Shown piece after piece: positions 17,310 to 26,865 of a DNA stretch of 41,290 nucleotides. Origin of the DNA: Desulfosarcina sp. (GTDB taxonomy: Bacteria; Desulfobacterota; Desulfobacteria; Desulfobacterales; Desulfosarcinaceae); NCBI GenBank assembly GCA_018224455.1, contig JAGTUY010000273.1:1-41290 (forward strand), written 5' to 3'. The translations under genes were made by a program, and so were the position numbers. The stretch's first letter is position 1; each line of letters opens with the position of its first letter. The notes beneath the pieces are model-generated. The model was given only the letters and a program-made list of their open reading frames with translations, made no database searches and was not told where the DNA came from.

Positions 17310-18803
17310 CTATATGGGTGGGGTCTCCACGGCTTTGGTTTTTTTGTCATAGACAACCTCCATCTGGCCTGGGATCAGGTCATCCCGGCCGATAATGGTG
17401 ATTCCTATCGACCGTTTGCCCTCCAGGTCGCTCAGTTCCTTGCGTTTGCGGTTGAGCAGGTAGGCGGCTACCGGGGCGGGCAATTGTGCCGTGACCTGAA
17501 AAATATCCGCTTTCAGGGTGTCCAGTTTCAGCTTCCTTAAAATACTCAGCCCTAAGGATTCCGTGGACGACACCTGGCCTTTTCCGCCGCAACGCGAACA
17601 GGTTTCCATGCTGCCAAAATCGATGGATGGCCGCAGGCGCTGGCGGGAGAGCTCCAGCAGGCCGAATTTTGAAATTTTTCCGATTTTTATCCTGGCGCGG
17701 TCCTGTTTCATGCCGGCGCGAAGGGTCTTTTCCACCTGGCTGCGGTGCTTTTGTTCGCGCATGTCGATAAAATCCACCACGATGAGGCCCCCTAAATCAC
17801 GAATCCTGAGCTGCCGGGCGATTTCAACCGCGGCTTCGAGGTTGGTCATCAATGCAGTCTCTTCGACATTTTTTTTCTGGGTCCCTTTGCCGGAATTGAC
17901 GTCGATGGCCACCAACGCTTCGGTGCGCTCGAGGACCACCGATCCGCCGGACTTGAGCGTCACCCGGTTGTCGAAAATAGTCGCGATCTGGTCTTCCAAC
18001 TGGAATCGGGTAAAAAGGGGTTTGTCGGACTTATGGAACTTGACGATGCTGGTCTGCTTCGGCGCGATGATGTGGACGAAGCTTTTCACTTCCTGGTGGA
18101 CGGCCTCATCGTCGATCAGAATTTCCTTGATGTCGGGCGTAAAGTGGTCGCGGATGGAGCGGACGGCCAGGTTTCGATCCTTGTAAAGGGCCGAGGGCGC
18201 ATGCGCCTTGACGGCCCGGGCGGTGATGCTTTTCCACAGGCGCAGCAGGTACTGGATATCCTTGGCCAGCATGGTTTTGGTGCATCCCTGGCCGGCGGTG
18301 CGGATAATAATGCCGAAGCCATCGGGCAGATCCAACTTGCCAACGATTTCCTTGAGCCGGTTGCGTTCAGTTTCGTCTTCGATCTTGCGTGAGATGCCCC
18401 GGCTGTCGCTTCCCGGCATTAGCACGGCGTAGCGACCGGGCAGAGAAATGAAGGTGGTGAGCATGGCCCCTTTTTTCATGATGGGGTCCTTGGTCACCTG
18501 CACCATCAACTCCTGGCCACGCTTCACCAGGTTTTGGATGGCGTTGCCGTTGGCCGGTGGGCCCTGAAAATAGTCGCTGTGGATTTCCTGCTTTTGCAAA
18601 AAGCCATGACGTTCGGCACCGAATTCCACGAATACGGCCTGAAGGCTGGGCTCGATGCGGGTGATTAAACCTTTATAAATGCTGCTGTGCAGAATTTCCC
18701 TGGCTGTGCTTTCGATGTGAAATTCTTCCAGGCAGCTGTCCTTGACGATGGCGAGGCGAACCTCTTCGGGGTCCACGGCATTGATGAGAATTTTACTGGA
18801 CAT
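17310..18803 (-). CDS. Rne/Rng family ribonuclease (catalytic domain only, about 497 aa)
   Basis: ILINA..EEVRLA, S1 domain (SIYKG..EPSLQAVFV), KGAMLTT..SLPGRY, IDVNSG, DLGGLIVVDFIDM and a CxxCxG zinc link. Likely ATG at 18803. Confidence 0.93.
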   Translation of the reverse strand: MSSKILINAVDPEEVRLAIVKDSCLEEFHIESTAREILHSSIYKGLITRIEPSLQAVFVEFGAERHGFLQKQEIHSDYFQGPPANGNAIQNLVKRGQELMVQVTKDPIMKKGAMLTTFISLPGRYAVLMPGSDSRGISRKIEDETERNRLKEIVGKLDLPDGFGIIIRTAGQGCTKTMLAKDIQYLLRLWKSITARAVKAHAPSALYKDRNLAVRSIRDHFTPDIKEILIDDEAVHQEVKSFVHIIAPKQTSIVKFHKSDKPLFTRFQLEDQIATIFDNRVTLKSGGSVVLERTEALVAIDVNSGKGTQKKNVEETALMTNLEAAVEIARQLRIRDLGGLIVVDFIDMREQKHRSQVEKTLRAGMKQDRARIKIGKISKFGLLELSRQRLRPSIDFGSMETCSRCGGKGQVSSTESLGLSILRKLKLDTLKADIFQVTAQLPAPVAAYLLNRKRKELSDLEGKRSIGITIIGRDDLIPGQMEVVYDKKTKAVETPPI

Positions 18804-18854
18804 TGGGAGACGATTCTGTTCCTTCCGCTTTGGGCTGTCAGCATTAAATTCGTA

Positions 18855-18883
18855 TAGATAAGGAATTGTTACAATCAAGTCAA
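18855..18883 (-). promoter_or_regulatory. Candidate sigma70 promoter for the rne/rng gene
   Basis: TTGACT-N17-TATCTA on the minus strand. The spacer contains the palindrome ATTGT-T-ACAAT. Confidence 0.35.
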
Positions 18884-19106
18884 CGGATTTTTAGGCAATA
18901 TCCATAAAAAGGGGGCGGCGAAATCGATAAACGATCGACCGATGGCCGGCCGGATCGTCCATAAACCCCGGCAGACGGCAGCAATGAGGGTGTTCTCGGC
19001 CCGTTGGATGGTCAGAACGGCTCTTGATCTTTACCGGGCTTTATGGCATGAGGATGCACGCAAGCCTAACCAAATTAATAATATTCGCAAGAAGATAGGA
19101 AGATTC

Positions 19107-21701
19107 ATGGATTCACGGTATGATCCCCAAACCATCGAAGCCAAATGGCAGAACCGCTGGCAGGACAACCGACTGTTCAATGTCATCGAGGAGCCTGACC
19201 AGAAAAAATACTACCTGTTGGAAATGTTTCCCTATCCATCGGGTAAAATTCATATGGGACATGTGAGGAATTATACCATTGGAGACGTGGTGGCCCGCTA
19301 CAAGCGGATGCGCGGATTCAATGTCCTTCACCCCATGGGTTGGGATGCCTTCGGTATGCCGGCTGAAAACGCGGCCATTGCCAACGACACCCATCCGGCC
19401 AAGTGGACCTATGAAAATATCGACGCCATGCGGGCCCAGCTCAAGCGACTGGGCTTCTCCTATGACTGGGGCCGGGAACTGGCCACCTGTCGTCCCGAAT
19501 ACTACCGCTGGGAGCAGTGGCTTTTCCTCAAGATGGTCGAGCGGGGCATGGCCTACCGCAAAGAATCCTATGTGAACTGGTGTGAACCCTGCCAGACGGT
19601 GCTGGCCAACGAGCAGGTGGAGGCGGGTTTGTGCTGGCGCTGCGGCAAAGCGGTTCGCCAGAAGAAGTTGTGGCAGTGGTTTTTCAAAATTACCGACTTT
19701 GCCGAAGACCTGTTGGTCCATTGCGACACGCTTCCCGGTTGGCCGGACAAAGTGACCACCATGCAGCGCAACTGGATCGGTAAAAGCGTCGGCGCGGAGA
19801 TCCGTTTCCCCGTGGCGGAGAGCGAGGCGGTCATCAGCGTATTCACCACCCGCCAGGACACGGTCTTTGGGGCCACGTTCATGTGTCTGGCGCCTGAACA
19901 CCCGCTGGTCCCCAAACTGGCGGCTGGAACGGACCAGGAATCTTCCGTAACGGCTTTTGTCGAGCGCATCTCCCTTCAGGACCGCTCCACCAAGGCCATC
20001 GAAAACTATGAAAAAGAAGGCGTGTTCACCGGCTCCTATTGTATCAACCCCATGAACGGCCGCAGAATGCCCATCTATACGGCCAACTTCGCCCTAATGG
20101 AATACGGTACCGGCGCCGTCATGTCCGTTCCGGCCCACGACCAGCGGGATTTCGATTTTGCCCACAAATACGGTCTGCCGGTTATCGTGGTGGTCAATCC
20201 TCAGGACGATGAACTGGACGGCGACACCATGACTGTCGCCTATACCGGCGACGGCACCATGGTCAATTCCGGGGATTTCAACGGATTGGGCAACCGGGAT
20301 GCTATGGACATCATCGCTGCATTTATGGATAAAAACGGCATCGGCAAGAAGACCATCAGCTTCCGGCTGCGGGACTGGGGCATCTCCAGACAACGCTACT
20401 GGGGCGCGCCCATTCCCATGATTCACTGTGACAGCTGCGGCATCGTTCCCGTACCCGAGGCGGACCTGCCCATCGTGCTGCCGGAAGACGCCGACCTGCT
20501 GGAAGGCGGACGCTCACCGCTACCGGTGCTGACTGCTTTTAGCAAGGCCCGTTGCCCCGGTTGCGGGCGAGACGATGCCCGGCGGGAGACGGACACCATG
20601 GACACCTTCGTGGAGTCTTCATGGTATTTCGAGCGCTACTGCAGCCCCCGGTGCGACACGGCCATGTTCGACACCCGAGCGGTCGACTACTGGATGCCGG
20701 TGGATCAGTATATCGGCGGTGTAGAGCACGCCATTTTACATCTGCTCTATTCACGCTACTTTACCCGGGTGCTTGAATCGTTGGGACTGGTGACATTCAA
20801 GGAGCCGTTTACCCGGCTGCTCACCCAGGGCATGGTCTGCAAGGAGACCACTGCCTGTGCGGAACATGGCTTCCTTTTCCCTGAACAGGTCGCGGAAGAC
20901 GGCGATGCCCGGCGGACCTGCCGGCAATGCGGCCAGCCGGTGGCGATCGGGCGGGTCGAAAAGATGTCCAAATCCAAAAAGAACGTCATCGACCCCAACA
21001 TTTTGCTCGACGAATATGGGGCCGATACCACCCGGCTCTTTTGCCTGTTTGCCGCGCCGCCCGAACGGGATCTGGAGTGGAGCGAACAGGGTGTAGAGGG
21101 AAGCTTCCGCTTCCTCCAGCGGGTCTGGCGGTTGGCCGAACGTTGGCTTCCGCTGCTGGATGACGGTGAATCCAACCCGAGCGACATCCAGGATTTAAAT
21201 CAACCCTTCCGGGAGCTCTATCGAAAAACCCATGCAACCATCAAGCGGGTCACCCAGGATATCGAGGACCGGTTTCATTTCAACACGGTCATCAGTGCCG
21301 TCATGGAACTGGTCAACGCCATGCAGGCCATCGACGAATCTGACTCGGATGGCCAGGGGAATCGGACCATGCGTTTTGCCCTGGAGACGACCGTCCTGCT
21401 GCTGTCTCCCATCGTTCCCCATTTCTGCGAAGAGCTGTGGGAGGCCCTTGGCCATGCGGAAAGTATCTTGCTGAGCCGCTGGCCACGTTTCGACGACGCG
21501 GCCACGGTAAAAAAAGAGGTCGAAGTGGTGGTCCAGGTCAACGGCAAGCTGCGCAGCCGGTTCGCCGCCGCTCTGGATACGGACGACAAGACGCTGGAGC
21601 AACAGGCTTTGGCCGACGAACGAATCGTCCGATTTATCGACGGAAAGCCTGTAAAAAAGGTGATTACCATAAAAAACAAGCTAGTGAATATTGTTATTTA
21701 A
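19107..21701 (+). CDS. leuS: Leucine--tRNA ligase
   Basis: MFPYPSG..HMGH (HIGH motif), GWDAFG, editing domain FTTR..T and VPAHDQRD, and KMSKS. Start taken at MDSRY (AGGA upstream). Confidence 0.97.
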   Translation: MDSRYDPQTIEAKWQNRWQDNRLFNVIEEPDQKKYYLLEMFPYPSGKIHMGHVRNYTIGDVVARYKRMRGFNVLHPMGWDAFGMPAENAAIANDTHPAKWTYENIDAMRAQLKRLGFSYDWGRELATCRPEYYRWEQWLFLKMVERGMAYRKESYVNWCEPCQTVLANEQVEAGLCWRCGKAVRQKKLWQWFFKITDFAEDLLVHCDTLPGWPDKVTTMQRNWIGKSVGAEIRFPVAESEAVISVFTTRQDTVFGATFMCLAPEHPLVPKLAAGTDQESSVTAFVERISLQDRSTKAIENYEKEGVFTGSYCINPMNGRRMPIYTANFALMEYGTGAVMSVPAHDQRDFDFAHKYGLPVIVVVNPQDDELDGDTMTVAYTGDGTMVNSGDFNGLGNRDAMDIIAAFMDKNGIGKKTISFRLRDWGISRQRYWGAPIPMIHCDSCGIVPVPEADLPIVLPEDADLLEGGRSPLPVLTAFSKARCPGCGRDDARRETDTMDTFVESSWYFERYCSPRCDTAMFDTRAVDYWMPVDQYIGGVEHAILHLLYSRYFTRVLESLGLVTFKEPFTRLLTQGMVCKETTACAEHGFLFPEQVAEDGDARRTCRQCGQPVAIGRVEKMSKSKKNVIDPNILLDEYGADTTRLFCLFAAPPERDLEWSEQGVEGSFRFLQRVWRLAERWLPLLDDGESNPSDIQDLNQPFRELYRKTHATIKRVTQDIEDRFHFNTVISAVMELVNAMQAIDESDSDGQGNRTMRFALETTVLLLSPIVPHFCEELWEALGHAESILLSRWPRFDDAATVKKEVEVVVQVNGKLRSRFAAALDTDDKTLEQQALADERIVRFIDGKPVKKVITIKNKLVNIVI

Positions 21702-21734
21702 AGTAACACATAACACTATATACCGAGAGAAAAG

Positions 21735-22253
21735 ATGCAGAACGGATGGAAACGAAGAGCGGCGGTCGTATCGATGCTGCTGCTAACCGCGTGCGGCTAT
21801 CATTTTACTGGCAGCGGCGACTTTCCGGCGGGCGTATCCCGGGTGTTTATACCCATCCTGGAGAACCGGTCTGCCGAAACCGGCGCGGAAAGCCTCTTCA
21901 CCAACGACCTGATCTATGAATTCACCAGGAACCGCAAAGAAAGTCTGGCCCAGGACCGGTCTTCGGCCGATGGTATTCTGACCGGGACCATTGTTTCAAT
22001 CTTGGTGGAAAATATTTCCCGCTCCACGGTTTCGACCGCAGTGGAGCGACGTGTGACCGGCATACTGAACCTGCGGCTGGAATCTCCGGCGGGTCGGATA
22101 CTCTGGTCGTCGGGAAATATCGTCGAGCGCCAGGCCTATTCGGTTGTGGATGGAAATAAAACGGCAACGGATCGGAACAAGTCCGATGCCATTGCCGTCG
22201 TTTCCGAAAAACTGGCAGAATCCGCCTTCAGCCGGCTGACGGATGATTTCTGA
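21735..22253 (+). CDS. lptE: LPS assembly lipoprotein LptE
   Basis: Lipobox LTAC followed by GYHF. Position directly after leuS. Confidence 0.8.
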   Translation: MQNGWKRRAAVVSMLLLTACGYHFTGSGDFPAGVSRVFIPILENRSAETGAESLFTNDLIYEFTRNRKESLAQDRSSADGILTGTIVSILVENISRSTVSTAVERRVTGILNLRLESPAGRILWSSGNIVERQAYSVVDGNKTATDRNKSDAIAVVSEKLAESAFSRLTDDF

Positions 22254-22342
22254 TGATTGAGAACCCCTGCAGCCGCAGTCGAAGCGCATCCGGCAATGAC
22301 CATTCACCGCCGCTTCTTCCTGCCCGCGGATGCCGGGACGGG

Positions 22343-22606
22343 TCAGGCTTGCTGAGCGTTGACCTGTCGGTTGAGACGGGAAACTTTGCGGGAGGCGGTT
22401 TTTTTGTGGAGCACCCCTTTTTTTGCCGCTTTGTCGATGGCCGATTTGGCCGCGTTGAGCTGCTCAACGGCATTTTCCGCACCCTGAACCACGGCAAGGC
22501 GCACGTCCTTGACCACGTTTTTTACCCGAGTTTGAACTGCTTTGTTCCGCAGGCGCCGACGCTCATTCTGGCCGGCGCGCTTCAATGCTGATTTATGGTT
22601 GGCCAC
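22343..22606 (-). CDS. rpsT: 30S ribosomal protein S20
   Basis: ANHKSALKR, IDKAAKKGVLHKKTASRKVSRL. AAGGAG RBS and GTG start. Confidence 0.97.
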   Translation of the reverse strand: MANHKSALKRAGQNERRRLRNKAVQTRVKNVVKDVRLAVVQGAENAVEQLNAAKSAIDKAAKKGVLHKKTASRKVSRLNRQVNAQQA

Positions 22607-22652
22607 CTTCTGTTACTCCTTTCGGAAATTTATTGGGAAAACATAAATCTTC

Positions 22653-22681
22653 CTGATATCCAAAAAAATTGGGCAAGTCAA
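22653..22681 (-). promoter_or_regulatory. Candidate sigma70 promoter for rpsT
   Basis: TTGACT-N17-TATCAG on the minus strand in the rpsT/murJ divergent region. Confidence 0.45.
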
Positions 22682-22716
22682 GGGTTATTGTGCCTTCCAC
22701 ATGAGATCAGGACCCT

Positions 22717-24324
22717 ATGCATTCCGACACCAATCACCAGGTAAAAAGTGAGAACCGCAATGTCACCCGCGCCGCCGGCGTGGTAGGGGTGGCGACCCTG
22801 CTCAGTCGTGTCTTCGGCTACCTACGGGATATGGTATTGGCTTCTTTTTTTGGTGCCGGGATGACGGCGGATGCCTTTATTGTTGCATTCAGGATTCCCA
22901 ACCTGATGCGCCGCCTGTTCGGGGAGGGATCGCTGAGCATTGCCTTTGTGCCCGTTTTCACGGAAACCCTGCTCAAGGGGGGGCGCGAGGATGGTTTTCG
23001 CCTGGCCGTGAGCGCCTTGAAACTGCTGCTGGTCTGCCTGTCGGTCGTATCGATCATTGGCGTGGTCGCTGCGCCAACCCTCATTCAGGCGGTCGCCCCC
23101 GGGTTTTCCGACCTGCCGGAGAAGATGGGCCTGACGGTCACATTGACGCGTGTCATGTTTCCCTATGTCGCCCTGATCGGACTGGTGGCCCTGTGCATGG
23201 GCATTCTCAATGTGCTGGGTCATTTCGCGGCCCCGGCCATCGCGCCGGTGCTGTTGAACCTGGCCATGATCGGCGCCGTTTTTGCCGTTTCCCGGTTTTC
23301 GGATTCCGAAACGGTTCAAGTCATGGGGCTGGCCGGCGGGGTGCTGTTGGGCGGAGTCCTGCAACTGGCCCTGCAGCTGCCTTATCTGGTCAAACATGGC
23401 GTCCGGTTCTGGGTACGGTCCGGCCTGTGGCATCCGGCGATGAAAAAGGTCGGCATCCTCATGCTGCCTACCATTTTTGGTGCGGCGGTCTATCAGATCA
23501 ATCTCTTGGTCGGAACCCTGCTGGCTTCTCTGCTTCCCGAGGGCAGCGTTTCTTATCTGTATTATGCCGACCGCCTGGTTCAATTCCCCTTGGGTATATT
23601 CGCCCAGGCGGCAGCCACGGCTGTTTTGCCCAGCCTCTCGCGGCAGGCTGCCAGCGGCGATCAGGCAGGCATGGGAGATACCTTCGGCCATGCCATGAGC
23701 CTGGTGCTGTTCATCACCATCCCAGCCATGGTGGGACTCATCGTGCTTCGAGACCCCATCGTTGCGCTGTTGTTCAAACGCGGGGCCTTCGATGCCCAGA
23801 CCACGCGATTGACCTCCGATGCCCTTTTGTATTATGCTTTGGGACTATGGGCCTTCGCTGCCGTGCGTATTGTGGTTTCAACGTTTTACGCCATGCAGGA
23901 TACCCGAACGCCGGTCAAAACCGCCACGATCTCCATCGCCGCCAACATCCTTTTAGGAACGGTGCTCATGGGCCCGATGAAGCACTGTGGGCTGGCTCTG
24001 GCCACCTCGCTGGCCTCCATGGTCAATCTGGTGCTTCTGGTGGTTGTGCTGAGAAACAAGCTGGGGGTGATCCGGTGGCGGCTCATCTTTTCCAGTTGCC
24101 TGAAGACGCTGACCGCATCGGGACTTATGGCTCTGGGTGTGGTGATGACCTGTCGGCTTCTCATTCCTCCTGAAACCGAAACGGGCAGTCTGCGGCTCCT
24201 GGCGGGAATCAGTGGCGGCATCGTCGGTGGCATCGCTATCTTTTCCTCGGCGGCCTGGATGATGAAGGTTCCGGAATGGCAAAAAGTGATGGTGTTGATC
24301 AGAAGGAGTTTGAACCGGTCATGA
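22717..24324 (+). CDS. murJ: Lipid II flippase MurJ (MviN)
   Basis: SRVFGYLRD, DAFIVAFRIPN..RRLFGEG, LYYADRLVQFPLG and FYAMQDTRTP. Divergent from rpsT, as is typical. Confidence 0.96.
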   Translation: MHSDTNHQVKSENRNVTRAAGVVGVATLLSRVFGYLRDMVLASFFGAGMTADAFIVAFRIPNLMRRLFGEGSLSIAFVPVFTETLLKGGREDGFRLAVSALKLLLVCLSVVSIIGVVAAPTLIQAVAPGFSDLPEKMGLTVTLTRVMFPYVALIGLVALCMGILNVLGHFAAPAIAPVLLNLAMIGAVFAVSRFSDSETVQVMGLAGGVLLGGVLQLALQLPYLVKHGVRFWVRSGLWHPAMKKVGILMLPTIFGAAVYQINLLVGTLLASLLPEGSVSYLYYADRLVQFPLGIFAQAAATAVLPSLSRQAASGDQAGMGDTFGHAMSLVLFITIPAMVGLIVLRDPIVALLFKRGAFDAQTTRLTSDALLYYALGLWAFAAVRIVVSTFYAMQDTRTPVKTATISIAANILLGTVLMGPMKHCGLALATSLASMVNLVLLVVVLRNKLGVIRWRLIFSSCLKTLTASGLMALGVVMTCRLLIPPETETGSLRLLAGISGGIVGGIAIFSSAAWMMKVPEWQKVMVLIRRSLNRS

Positions 24325-24620
24325 CCCTTCGCCGGAAAATCATCGTCGCAGGAGCCGTCGTTGCGCTGTTAAATCTGATGCTGCTGATCGTCTTCGGCGA
24401 CAATGGACTGGTCGAAATGCACCGGCTGCGTGAAAAAGAGCAGACCATGGTGCGGCAAAACGAGACACTGGCCAGGGAGAATGTCAGCCTGTATCGGACC
24501 ATCGGGCGGCTGAAAAGCGATCCGGCCTTCATCGAGAGCGTGGCCCGCAATGAACTGGGCATGATTGGCAAAGATGATATAATCGTTATTCTTCCAGGTT
24601 CCACAAGGCAAAGGAAATGA
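24321..24620 (+). CDS. ftsB: FtsB/DivIC family septum formation initiator
   Basis: One TM segment, FGDNGL, coiled coil and IESVARNELGM. ATGA overlap with the murJ stop. Confidence 0.8.
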   Translation: MTLRRKIIVAGAVVALLNLMLLIVFGDNGLVEMHRLREKEQTMVRQNETLARENVSLYRTIGRLKSDPAFIESVARNELGMIGKDDIIVILPGSTRQRK

Positions 24621-24621
24621 T

Positions 24622-24903
24622 ATGGAAGGTACAGGGGACAAGACCTTTTACACGGTGACGATGGCCCGCGTGTACGCCGATCAAGGCCGATATGAGGAGG
24701 CTGCCCGGATTTACCGTTATCTGCTGGACCAGACCCCCGACCGGTCGGATCTTAGACAGGCATTGGAGGCGGTGACATCCAAATGGCCGGCCCCCCCCGC
24801 TCACTGGCATGACATTTCCGGTCTGATCGAGCGGTGGGTTCGCTTGATGGTCAGGCGCAATGCACTCCGGCGCCTGCAACAATGCCGTGTTCGAAAACAG
24901 TGA
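24622..24903 (+). CDS. Small tetratricopeptide-repeat protein
   Basis: TVTMARVYADQGRYEEAARIYRYLLDQTP is a TPR pattern. Fills the ftsB-coaBC gap exactly. Confidence 0.7.
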   Translation: MEGTGDKTFYTVTMARVYADQGRYEEAARIYRYLLDQTPDRSDLRQALEAVTSKWPAPPAHWHDISGLIERWVRLMVRRNALRRLQQCRVRKQ

Positions 24904-24913
24904 TCTGAGTGAC

Positions 24914-26131
24914 ATGAATAAAAACGTTCTGTATGCAAAAAATATCGTTCTCGGCGTATGCGGTGGAATTGCCGCCTATAAGAGTGTAGAGCTTCTCAGG
25001 CGGCTGGTGAAGCTGGGAGCCAGCGTGCGGGTCATCATGACCCGCAGTGCCACCCGATTTGTGAGCCCCATGACCTTTGAGGTGCTTTCGGAAAACCAGG
25101 TGTGTGTCGATCTTTTCGATGCGAAAGATGACGCGGCCATCCGGCATATTGCCTGGGCGGCAGCGGCCCATGGCGTAATCATCGCGCCGGCTACGGCCAA
25201 CATGGTGTCCAAACTGGCCCATGGCATCGCCGACGATGCCCTGAGCACGTTCATGCTGGCGGTGATCTGCCCGGTGATGATATGTCCCTCAATGAACTCA
25301 AACATGTTCGAACACCCCGCCCATCGACGCAACCTCAAACAGCTTGAAGCGGATGGCTGCCACATTCTGGCACCCGGCGAAGGATCGCTGGCCTGCGGCA
25401 CCGTCGGACCGGGCCGGCTGCCGGAGCCCGCAGCAATCGTTGACCGGCTGGCCAGCTTCCTTACGCCCGACGACCTTGCCGGCAAAAATGTATTGGTCAC
25501 CGCCGGGCCCACCCGGGAAGCCATCGATCCGGTTCGGTTCATCAGCAATCCCTCTTCCGGCAAGATGGGCTACGCCATCGCCCGGGCCGCTGAATACCGC
25601 GGTGCCCGCGTAACCCTGGTAACGGGTCCCGTGTGTTTAGATCCACCGCAAAACGTCGAGGTGGTGCCCGTCGTCACCGTGGACGATATGGCCGCCGCCG
25701 TATTTGCCCGTTTCGAACAGTCCCATGTGGTCGTTAAGGTGGCGGCGGTTTCAGACTATCGGCCCGTCAAAACCGAAGCCCACAAGATCAAAAAGCGTCA
25801 GGACCGCATGCAACTGACCCTGGAGCGGACCCCGGACATCCTGAAAACCGTCGGGCAACGGAAAAATGGTCAGATCGTGGTCGGGTTTGCCGCAGAGACC
25901 CGGAACATGGAAACCCATGCGCGCCAAAAACTTGAAGAGAAGCATCTGGACATGATTGCAGCCAATCTCATCGGTCCACCCGATTCCGGATTTGCATCCG
26001 ACACCAACCGCATGACCCTGTTTTTTGCAGACGGCCGAAAAGAGACGCTCGATGTGATGGACAAGGATGCGGTGGCCCACCTGATTCTTGACCGGGTGGC
26101 CGAACTGGTCAAACAGAGCGCCGTTCCTTGA
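24914..26131 (+). CDS. coaBC: Bifunctional phosphopantothenoylcysteine decarboxylase / phosphopantothenate--cysteine ligase
   Basis: GGIAAYK, APATAN, PSMNSNM, LACG..GPGR, TAGPTRE.IDPVRFISNPSSGKMG, AAVSDY and GFAAET. Confidence 0.96.
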   Translation: MNKNVLYAKNIVLGVCGGIAAYKSVELLRRLVKLGASVRVIMTRSATRFVSPMTFEVLSENQVCVDLFDAKDDAAIRHIAWAAAAHGVIIAPATANMVSKLAHGIADDALSTFMLAVICPVMICPSMNSNMFEHPAHRRNLKQLEADGCHILAPGEGSLACGTVGPGRLPEPAAIVDRLASFLTPDDLAGKNVLVTAGPTREAIDPVRFISNPSSGKMGYAIARAAEYRGARVTLVTGPVCLDPPQNVEVVPVVTVDDMAAAVFARFEQSHVVVKVAAVSDYRPVKTEAHKIKKRQDRMQLTLERTPDILKTVGQRKNGQIVVGFAAETRNMETHARQKLEEKHLDMIAANLIGPPDSGFASDTNRMTLFFADGRKETLDVMDKDAVAHLILDRVAELVKQSAVP

Positions 26132-26826
26132 GACCGCTGATTCCATATCAAATCATCCGGGACATTCGAAACACGCTGTGCTATCTTAAGCAAAGCGGTT
26201 GCAAAGGTTTTGACTGCAGCGAGGCGAGCCTGAAGATCCTGAATCGGCTGGGGCTGCCGTGTCAGGGTGCAGGGGTTGATCGGGAAACCTTGGCAGACAT
26301 CTGCACCGACCTGGGCGACTGTACCCGATGCGGGCTGTGTGAATCGAGAACCCATATCGTGTTTGGTGAGGGCAGCCCCAAGGCGCAATTGGTATTCGTG
26401 GGCGAAGGACCGGGCTTCGATGAAGATAAATGCGGTCAGCCTTTTGTGGGAGCGGCAGGACAGCTGTTAACCAAAATCATTGCCGCCATGGGGCTGACTC
26501 GGGAGACCGTTTATATCGGCAATATTGTCAAATGCCGGCCCCCGAAGAACCGGAACCCGGAACCAGAAGAGATCCGCCAATGCCTTCCGTTTCTCAAGCG
26601 GCAGTTGGCCGCTATCAATCCGCGCGTTATTTGTGCTCTGGGACGTGTGGCTGCCCGGGCCCTGCTGGACACCGAGACGCCCATCTCCCGCCTCAGGGGA
26701 CGGTTTTATGAGTTTTCGGGTATTCCGGTGATGCCGACCTTTCACCCGGCATACTTGCTGCGCAACCCGGAAAAGAAAAAAGACGTGTGGGAAGATGTTC
26801 AACAAATCATGAAAATGCTGGAATAA
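26128..26826 (+). CDS. Uracil-DNA glycosylase, family 4 ([4Fe-4S])
   Basis: CTRCGLC, VGEGPG..ED..G.PFVG, KCRPPKNRNP and FHPAYLLR. Confidence 0.92.
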   Translation: MRPLIPYQIIRDIRNTLCYLKQSGCKGFDCSEASLKILNRLGLPCQGAGVDRETLADICTDLGDCTRCGLCESRTHIVFGEGSPKAQLVFVGEGPGFDEDKCGQPFVGAAGQLLTKIIAAMGLTRETVYIGNIVKCRPPKNRNPEPEEIRQCLPFLKRQLAAINPRVICALGRVAARALLDTETPISRLRGRFYEFSGIPVMPTFHPAYLLRNPEKKKDVWEDVQQIMKMLE

Positions 26827-26865
26827 CTGCCACCCATGCCCCTTCCCGCCTTCAAGGGGGTTTTA

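Noticed and set aside
18884-19106. T-box or attenuator leader for leuS, and the extended leuS start at 18942
   Set aside because: No T-box consensus or terminator/antiterminator was seen. The extra 55 codons are not LeuRS-like.
23193-24173. 326-aa alternative-frame + strand ORF inside murJ
   Set aside because: Arg/Gly/Pro-rich off-frame translation with no motifs. murJ is intact.
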